From Eledone cirrhosa (lineage: Eukaryota): a stretch of DNA of 64,000 nt. Within the stretch, counting starts at the first letter, position 1. Each line of letters opens with the position of its first letter. Shown here one piece after another: positions 54,545-64,000 of this stretch. The translations under genes were made by a program, and so were the position numbers. Below the pieces are notes generated by a model. That model was given only the letters and a program-made list of their open reading frames with translations, searched no databases and was not told the origin of the DNA. The stretch is taken from contig OZ024755.1 in assembly GCA_964016885.1 (NCBI GenBank), positions 15,376,001 to 15,440,000 of the forward strand. The letters run 5' to 3'.

Positions 54545-54702
54545 TTAAGCCCAAGGCCAGTACATTTGAGGGAATGGCAAAGTTGATTAAATCAACACCA
54601 GTATTTGTTTGGTACATGCGAGAAGGATGAAAGGCAAAGTTGACCTCAGCGGGATTTGAATTTGGAATGTAAATAACTCCCTACCAATTCTGCCAATCCA
54701 CT
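54545..54702 (-). mobile_element. SINE family A with internal deletions
   Basis: aaggccag...aaggatgaaaggcaaagttgacctcagcgggatttgaa...ttctgccaatccac. Confidence 0.75.
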
Positions 54703-55711
54703 ATCAAAAAGGTAGTAAAAATGAACACACACATACAGAAAACCAATTGCAATAACTATCATGCTTAAAATGTTAGTAAATCTTAAATCACGTGTACCAA
54801 ACTTGCTACCACTAACGTGATATTTTTGCAAGCCTGTGATAAATACGTACAGACTAAGAAATAGGTAGACAGATAGTCAGAAAAAGAGGGTAATGGACAG
54901 AGAGCCAGACCGACGGATATATATATAGAGTATAGAGAGTGAGAGAGATCCTCTGAATCGAACGTGAGAGCGAGCGAAGAAACTAAAGGAGCCTATGTTG
55001 TAGATATCGGGATAATTCTTGAATTCTTGCCTTTTATAAGTCGATATGAAAGCAGCAGAAATTGATTGTTTCTATTGCATCTTAAGTGACAATAGAAATC
55101 ATCTTAATCTGTATATATCGATTCGTTTCTAAGTAGTATTTACTGAACTTTTTTACTTTCTAACAAGTGATCCCTATATTCTTCAGATCATTAACGTGCT
55201 GCAGCAGTGATAAGGGTAGGGAGTGGGTTCTGTGTTATAGCTTTTGTTTCCTTTATCTAATAAAAATTATAGCTTTGATGAAATAAGAAATGCTTTGACG
55301 TGTTGAGTGGGGAAAATGCTCAGAGAAAAATCTAATGTAGTTTACGAAAATATGTTGTCATGGTTGTATGGTAGTTAGTCAATGAATTGAATATTCGACA
55401 TAATTTAGAGCAAATTATACATAAATCTATATTTATTTATGTATATCTATATATAGATATATTTTTATATGTATATCTATAAGTATGGGTATATATATAC
55501 ATATATCTGTGTGTGTAAGTGTATGCATATATCCATCTATCTGTGTGTGCTTATATATATATATATGATATATAGAGAGAAGGATATAGATATAAATACA
55601 TATATAGAGAGGGAGAAAAAGGGAAATATAAAGGCATATTTATGTGTGTAATATGTGTATACATGATAGATATATCTGCATATATATATATATATATATA
55701 CATACATACAC

Positions 55712-55755
<44 letters not shown>

Positions 55756-56010
55756 CTACATGTGAGTACTAGGACATCAATCTTATTCTTCGGTAAATTT
55801 CTATATAATATATGTGTTGGCATGGAAACTATAAATGATGTATGATATGAAATAATGAATGATAGCTGCAGAATGACTGCGTACATTCTTAAAATAATAT
55901 CCTAGTTTCTGCATTTGCATATATATACTTATGTATTTACTGAACCTAAACAAATTCCTCACAAAATGGGTCACATATTTTAGTACAAAAGTAAATATGC
56001 CGCTGCCTGG

Positions 56011-56048
<38 letters not shown>

Positions 56049-58644
56049 CCATATATATAATTCCTTTACCCCGCTACAGTGCTTTAATGCTGCGTGAGCT
56101 GGTTCTATTTGCATTCCAAGGCTTAATTAGAAACAACCACCATATATTAAAGATCAATGGATATATATATATATATATAGTACTTACATATCTACAACGA
56201 AACAAAATATATCGAATAAATTTAGCAAATGACTGAAACTACAATCAACATGGAATAGTGTACTAATCTATACTTTAAAGATAACCCAAGATTTGTGAGA
56301 GAAACTGCGTAAATGGAAACTGCAATGAATTCTATTGAATTTAATCTATATGCCATTCAAACGGCTATCTTTTATTGACTCTAAGCTCCCCGAGAATTAT
56401 GTTAAGTGTCAGCAAATAGGAAATACTTTTTTTGGTAAGCTATTTATTTGAAAAAGTTGAATAATCATCGTCGAAGCCGACGTAGGTTCATTTACTAACG
56501 GGATATTTTTAGTATTTTCCCACACAAATTATATCATTATATTATTATCTTAAAAAATACGTGCTTGTAAATATTCATTAGAATTGACTTATGCGCCTAC
56601 GTCTGTTGATCTTAATTTGAAAGAATTTTATTTAAGTGTTGGACATTTAAGAATGTTTGAGTAATTCTAATTTTTATTGTATTTTTATTCTTTTAATTAT
56701 ATCAATTTTGAATTAATAAATAATTATATCATTTAAAATAAATATGTAAATTAGTAATTATGTTTTAATTGACCAACTAATCTATTTCAGACCAAATAAA
56801 TATTTATTTTTTAAAAATCAGTAAATTTCTTTTTCAAAAAAACAATACTGCTTAATAAATACATTTCAAAAACACAAATTATAATTATCATGGTAAAATT
56901 AATTTTTTCTCCTCGAAATGGGTTTAAATTTGTAAAATAAAAATAAAAAATGTTTTCACCCTGTTACCAAAGTTTTTAACTGTCAGTAACAATTACTAGC
57001 TTTATCAGATATTTACCTAAATTTTGGACCGCCAAACCATCATCAATACCAACATACACAAAAAGTACATGACTAAATTATTAAATCAGTTGCCAGAATA
57101 TAAAGTGAATAAACAATGAAAAATAAAAGCTAATGGCATATATATGGGAAATATCTATTCAAAAGTTGTATTTTATTGTATCATGTTATTTACTAGACGG
57201 AGTGCCACTGTATTTTAAAGAGGTGCACACACACACACACATTATATATATATATATATATATATTAATAATTCTGAAGGGTTTATAATAAATTCTTAGT
57301 GCTAAATTATCGTGAAGTGTAATATATGCTTTGGTCTGTTTTGAGATGTTTAATGACGTATAATTCTCGTATAACTAAAGGGCATTTGGTGCATACAGTA
57401 TACGATATGATATCATACATATGAGAGCCATTACTGGAGACAAACGTTAGGCTCGTCTATGGAGGAATTTCAATGCAGATAATAACATGGAGTTATTTAA
57501 GTGGAAAACAATTTTAAATCCGACATCATTCCAAATGTTCATTGCCACTTACAATGCGACAATAATAGTGCCACTGCAAGGACTCGAAACATTCATGGAT
57601 ATAACATCCTTTTCCAACGTTAATTTTCCAAACTAACCAGGAAAGCTGTATAAGGAGATTTTTAAATGTTAACATTAAACTCGAATATATTTGAACAAAA
57701 TGCCGTTCTCTATACCTACAAACATATAAGCATATTTTCAGCATTTGTTTGAATGAAAGAGAGAAGCTGTATCTGTGTATATCTCTGTGTGTGCGTGTAT
57801 CTGTGTGTGAATGTAGTATGTGTGTGTGCTATACATTATTAGAACATACATTAACATTTTGAAAACACTAAATGAGAAAAGAGGCTACTCAAATAGTCGG
57901 ATCGGCATTTACTAATGTAGTAATAATTCATTTAGGGACTCAGAAAAAGAAAAAGTGGTTAGTCGATAAAACTGTTCAAATCTTGTTAGTATGATTCGTG
58001 AGTTAATCTAAATATGTAAAATATCTTGCTGCTAGGAAAATGATCGAATAATATAATAGTAGAAACAAAGAGAACTATGAAATAAAACAAGGAACAGTGA
58101 GATTAATAACTATCATGCTTTACTAACTTAATAATAATTTAACTCAGGAATACAGAAATATCAGTCGCCATCCCTTCTTGGATTTCAGTAACACGCTATT
58201 ATTTTACTATAACTATTTCGCCTGCCATCATTAGTAAGGTTTCTTATCGACGTTATAGTAACAAACTTTCGCCATTAAGTCATCTTGTATATCCGTGTAG
58301 GCGTTCGTCAGTTATATACGAGTATTTTACACGCATATAGCCATACGTTTATGCATAATACTATTGTCATCATCATCGTTGCTTTAGTACGTGCATATAT
58401 GTCTGTGCTTTTCAGTGTGTGTAAGTTTCGAAGGAGGCGTACAAATGGTATTTATTACAGTTGTAGCTGTGGAGTTCGCTTGTCTTGTAGTCGATTGCTG
58501 TGTCTGTGTATATACATAAAGCTATATATATATATAGATAGATATATAGATATATATAATATGGAGAGAGCGAGAGGAAGAGGGTGAGCGAGATGTTGTA
58601 CAAATATTGAGACACAACCCGAAACCGGTCGGGATTCCCATCTT

Positions 58645-58695
<51 letters not shown>

Positions 58696-60967
58696 ATAAG
58701 CTTTCGTCTATTACGTAATTTCATAAAATTTCTCCGCTCTCTCTTTTGTCCTCATTGTCTTTTACATCACTTTTCTTTCTCCCTCTTCCTCTCTCCTACC
58801 TCTTCTTCCCCATTTTACAATGCAGTTTATTTTACTTTCCTTATATATATTTACTCACCCCTCTTCATATTTCTTCCCCCTATTGTTAATTGTGCTGTTT
58901 TTATCTTTAATTCCATTCTCTATTTTTACACATGTTTTACTCATCCGCCTATACATGTTCACGTCCGTCTTTCGTTATGTCTATACATTTCAAATATCTC
59001 TATTTCTCTTCATCTGTCCATCTATTTATCTATCTAAATTTACTATATATCATTTCACTTCACTATATATATTTCTCTTACATCCTCTGGTTTTTTTTTA
59101 ATCCCCCCCCCCCTCTCTCTCTCTTCCCACTGACTTTTCCATCTCTTTATCTATTTCTCTCTCTAGGCATTTACTTGTCTACCATGTGTATATGTTTATA
59201 TGCAGACTTCTCAAATACTCCCTGTCTCCTCCTCATTTATATTCTTCCCCTCTCACTTTCTATCTATCTACATTCTTTATCCATATTCTTTCACACATCT
59301 TTCCCTTCTCTCTCTGATCCTCTTTCCTCTCCTCTATCCCATCTCCTCCCACTATGTTTTTTTATTTTATTACAACTCATATTTTCCCAATTCCATTAGA
59401 CATTCAGCAATTGTCATTTCAATACAATAAATTTATTTTCTTCAAATCTTTTATCATCGATGACGTGACGACAACACCACAGTAGCTAGAGCTTCAATTC
59501 TATTTGTTTTGTTGCTTTCTCTCTTATGTTTTCGCCGTCTTGCTATATTTCGTCCTAACATCTGCTTCCATAGTATTTGTCCCGCCCCACTTTCAATAAT
59601 TATTGCTTTATTATGCATCCCAATAGTGTAACTATGGAGAATGCCCTCCCAAGTTACACCGGAGGTGTCTATAACACATTTTAGCTGAAAGAAACGATGA
59701 GATATTCAAATAAGAGGAAAGTGTGAAAGAAAAGAACAGAAAAAAACGCCGAAAATGGCTGATAATGAATGAATAATGGATAAAATCGTGAAATTATGGA
59801 ATAACAATTAAGAAATAATAGAAATAGCTGCAAATTACAAAACAATAAATTATAAAAAATATAGACTACCGAAGGAAAAAGAATACTAAACGATGAACAA
59901 ATAAAGGAATGTTAAGATGAAAAGAAGGAATATATAATCAGGATGGAATATAGCTTCGAAGACGAAGAAATAAATTTGAATATGGCTTAGTGAAACGTAT
60001 TGAAAATCATTCCAGTTATCTATGACGAATCTACATTTAGAAGACGAGAAGAATATGACGGAAACAGAAAAAATATTGAATGTTGTTGCAATGGGTTGAC
60101 GGAATGTCTATGGCTGTAGATTTTTTCCCCAGACTGGTAATGCTTTAAATTTACTGTTTCAAATCCAATTCGACGGTTTTATTATATTTTTGTGTCTTGC
60201 ATTTTTATTCCTAAAATGTCATTACTATTTAAATTCTAAAAGGTCACTGTGGCCAATATAGGTCGCAGACGAGGCAAAGATATCGGAACATTGGACATTT
60301 GTCGCGGCTCTCTGCCCTATTGGTCCAAATCCCACCAAAGTTTACATTGTCTTCCATACATTTGGTGTCTATAATGAAAATACCGACCCAGTGCTTGTGA
60401 AGCTTTCCTTCCTCCCAACTGTCACATCCAGGATTTTCCACTGTATCAGAGGAGGTAATGTCAAAAAGGTGTCTGTGTTAGCTCATGACTTGTGAACAAC
60501 TAAAACCATTAACAAAAACATAGTACATGCTATCAATTAATACTTCATTGTGAGTGACACCCATCGTAAAGTGATATATATTGATCGAATATGTGCGTAT
60601 AAGAGTATATATTATATACTCTCTTTCTATTCTTATTATTCCTTCTCCGTTAGATAATCCAACAAGTTTAAAGCCTCTGCAAACAACATTCTGGCTGTCA
60701 CCCCATTCGGTCACTGCAGTAAGCATTGCTTCTGAACAATGTTTAACTCTACTATCTGATCTGAATTCATGTACACTAGGCACGCGAGTCTTGTCACATA
60801 ACCCTTAATATGGATTACTTCCTTAAGTAGTAATAATATATTAAAGTCAATTACACTCATATCCTCTCCAATAGAATTCTAGAGCTTTGTGGATGTGCTT
60901 CATTCTATTTGAGTAGTGATAATTCAGAATAACTTTAAGCATGCACGCATGTGTTCACAGCCGACCA

Positions 60968-61015
<48 letters not shown>

Positions 61016-61168
61016 GAGAGAGAGATCTGTGAAAACCAATTAGAGTCAATGGCTGTGTGTGTGTGCAATTCTTTGTGTGTACACACTCCCACGACAAAAA
61101 CACATTCGGTCCACCTTGTAAGGTGCATCCGACTCTGATAAACTATGCCAACATCAGATATGTATGGG

Positions 61169-61196
61169 CAGGTCGAGGGACCAGTCCCTCGACCTG
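61169..61196. repeat. Perfect GC-rich hairpin (13-bp arms)
   Basis: caggtcgagggac-ca-gtccctcgacctg. Confidence 0.85.
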
Positions 61197-61361
61197 GCTC
61201 ACCTCATAGCAAAACAACTCGTCTAATCTAAAGTTAAAAGGTGTTGATGATGATGACGGTGATGATAATGATGACAATGAAAATGGTATATCATATATGC
61301 ATGATCACAACCAGATTAATTAATCCACATTGCATTAAAAAGAAAAGAAATGACATTATAT

Positions 61362-61545
61362 TATTGGCAGTATCGGTAGAGGGTCGGACTCCATGCTTAA
61401 CAGCATAGAGTTATGGCCATTTAAGGTCTAAGTTCAAACCCCGCCGAGGTTAACTTTGCCCTTCATCCTTTCGGGGTCGATAAAATAAAGTACCAGTAAT
61501 GCACTGGTTAATTGCTGGCCTTGTGCCAAAAGTAGAAACAATTAT
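61362..61545 (+). mobile_element. SINE family A, near full length
   Basis: ttggcagtatcggtagagggtcgga...agttcaaaccccgccgagg...cttcatcctttcggggtcgataaaataaagtaccag...ggccttgtgccaaaagtagaaac. Confidence 0.9.
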
Positions 61546-61587
61546 ATTACAGTGTGTAAGAAAATTTACGGATGTGCATTTATGTGT

Positions 61588-61631
<44 letters not shown>

Positions 61632-61934
61632 TGATGTGTGTCCACCCATGTATATAAGTGCATACACAAATACAAATGTGTCATTATGTACACATATGAA
61701 AGTGGATTAATGTTAATGAAGAAACAAGAAAGAAATTTTACAATCACGGAGCCGATAAAACCGGTCCAGTTACTACATTCCAATTCAGCTGTAGTGGAGG
61801 TGTGTGGGGACAGATGACAGACAGTGTGTCGAAACTTTTGGCACATAGAAAGAAAGAAAAATATAAAGTAGAGCTTGCAGTATGTTTTTTCATTTCTTCT
61901 TTTAGCTTTAATCACTCTTCCAGACTACTATTGA

Positions 61935-62073
61935 TGTGTGCATATATATGTATGTATGTATGTATGTGTGTATGTGTGTATGTGTGTATGTGTGTATGTA
62001 TGTATGTATGTGTGTATGTATGAATACGTGTGTGTGTGTGTATGTACATACACTCACATCCACACAGAGACAG

Positions 62074-62153
<80 letters not shown>

Positions 62154-62255
62154 GTCTCAGTGTGGGTGTGGATGTGTATATGCAGGTAGAGAGAGAGAGA
62201 GAGGGGGAGGGAGAGAGAGAGAGGGGGAGAGAGATAGAAAGACAGATAGATAGCC
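61935..62255. repeat. Compound (TGTA)n/(TA)n/(GA)n microsatellite
   Basis: Direct inspection. Confidence 0.9.
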
Positions 62256-64000
62256 AGTGACTAAAAATACAAGAAGTAGACATATTTCAGGACTTCCGTC
62301 TGAAATAACAATAGGTTTGATTCCATCAACACGCAACATTGACAAGGAACAGGATATTCTTTACTATTAACACCGAAAGAATGAATACATTGCTGGGCTT
62401 ACCCTTTTATAATGCAGTATTTATTGGAATTCAATACCTTGTTGTATTCAACTCTTGCCTGCGATTTTGATGTATATCAATTTTACTTTACCGTTGAGAT
62501 ATCTTAATTTGTGTTTTCTGAGATGAATCTCCAGATTTAATCTAATTTGTTTTCACATTATAGTAGTGAATAGCCAATTAGGGCACTACCGATATTTATT
62601 TTATAATTTCAGTTTTGAAAGTTTTATGTTTATAATATCTGCATTCCAAATTTAAATAATCTAGAATAAAATGTTAATAAAATAAATATAAAAATTCGAT
62701 GGAATGCGAAGATTTCTTTATTAGTTATTTATCTATATATTTATTTTTAGTATTATTCGTTCGAAAATATTGTAGTCAGCAGGAAATTGTGATAGGTCCA
62801 TAATTCTTTCGATATATTTCCAAAATTGAATTAAACCATTCAAATATCATTAGTATTTTTAACTGCAAAAATTTTTCTCCGAATAGAGATTGTCAGTTTG
62901 ATTGCTAAAGATGTTATTTTTCATTAGGATAATGTCATGCATTTTTTGAAAATAAATATTTAACGCGGAATTATGCAGGCATGAAATAAAGAAAGACTTT
63001 ATGGCAGAATAGAAAGGCTTAAGTGAATGAGGAATACCAAAACTAACTGTGAATGAGTAGCATATAAGATTGAAGTGATGAAATTCAAATGGGAAAAGAA
63101 GGAAGAAGATTTAAGAGAAGATTGAATGAAGATCGTAAAATCGAATGAAGATAGAAATGCATTTTTATTTTGACAGAAAACATGAATACATTATGAGAAG
63201 CATTTATGTTAGTGGTTCAAAAAGAACATTTGGGAAGCGAAATGTTGAAAGAGTCAGGTAAAAATGAAAGAGATCATGATAAACAAACATCTGATGAAAT
63301 AAATATTAAACAGAAATGCAATGTATAAGAAGGGTGGAGGAGAATTGTTTGACAAATATAAAATTACACAGAAAAATATAAATGTTGCAGTATTTGCTTT
63401 ATTCTGTTTTTCTCTATTTTTATTTATTCTTATTGTTTTATCTTTTTAATCATTATTTTTAGGGTCAGCAAATGAGTTTTAGGTTTCCCATCGTTGAAAA
63501 TGAATGATGTGGATGTGAAGAGAATATTTCATCGCCATTATGAAAATATGTTTCAGATGCGAGTAAATTTACTGCCACTATTTAATATAATTAATGATCT
63601 TTCAAAATGGGTTTACATCACTAGAATTTAACTCGAATCAAGATATCTGTTTACATGGCTCCATAGATACTACTGCAAATATTTTTTTTCAGATTCGATA
63701 GTATCATGTTACGCTTGTTTTATTTGTCTTCCTTTCCTTTCTTAGTGCTAGCTATTGATATCAAACTCTTATTGAGGCTATTTCTTTGTTATTAAAACAA
63801 AACAAAATACAAATACTTGTTTACGAAAACGCAAATTTGAAATATATCTTTGTTTCAATAGATGTCATAGCAATTGTTCAAATCAATTTCTATAGCAAAT
63901 TTATATTATCTTTTTCTGCGTACACTATTTATTTTTCATTTTTATATGTTAACTTAATATGATATCAGTTCAGAATGATTTACAAATTTGTAGATGTTCT

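Noticed and set aside
58730-60080. Hydrophobic 90-155 aa ORFs
   Set aside because: They derive from pyrimidine-rich or purine-rich low-complexity sequence.

Overview
Very AT-rich animal DNA with no recognisable intact host gene. The SINE families and (TA)n load suggest a cephalopod such as Octopus, which is inference from repeat content only. The window holds: several multi-kb (TA)n-derived microsatellite arrays, which explain all the long I/Y-rich ORFs; about 20 copies of two tRNA-derived SINE families; decayed LINE fragments (two CR1/L2-type RT pieces and a zinc-knuckle ORF1); a Penelope-like RT fragment; a non-autonomous Helitron-like element; and an unclassified 0.5-0.6 kb TG...CA element inserted in (TA)n. 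The most interesting signal is a set of minimal type I hammerhead ribozyme motifs in at least three unrelated non-coding repeat families (11865, 15752, 16451, 16745, 37566, plus partial relics). One family is a ~429-bp tandem/inverted, hairpin-rich, retrozyme-like unit whose two ribozyme copies show compensatory stem I changes. Three hammerheads lie on the same strand within ~1.05 kb around a ~230-bp-arm palindrome. A few weak candidate exons lie on the minus strand near 3.4-4.5 kb.
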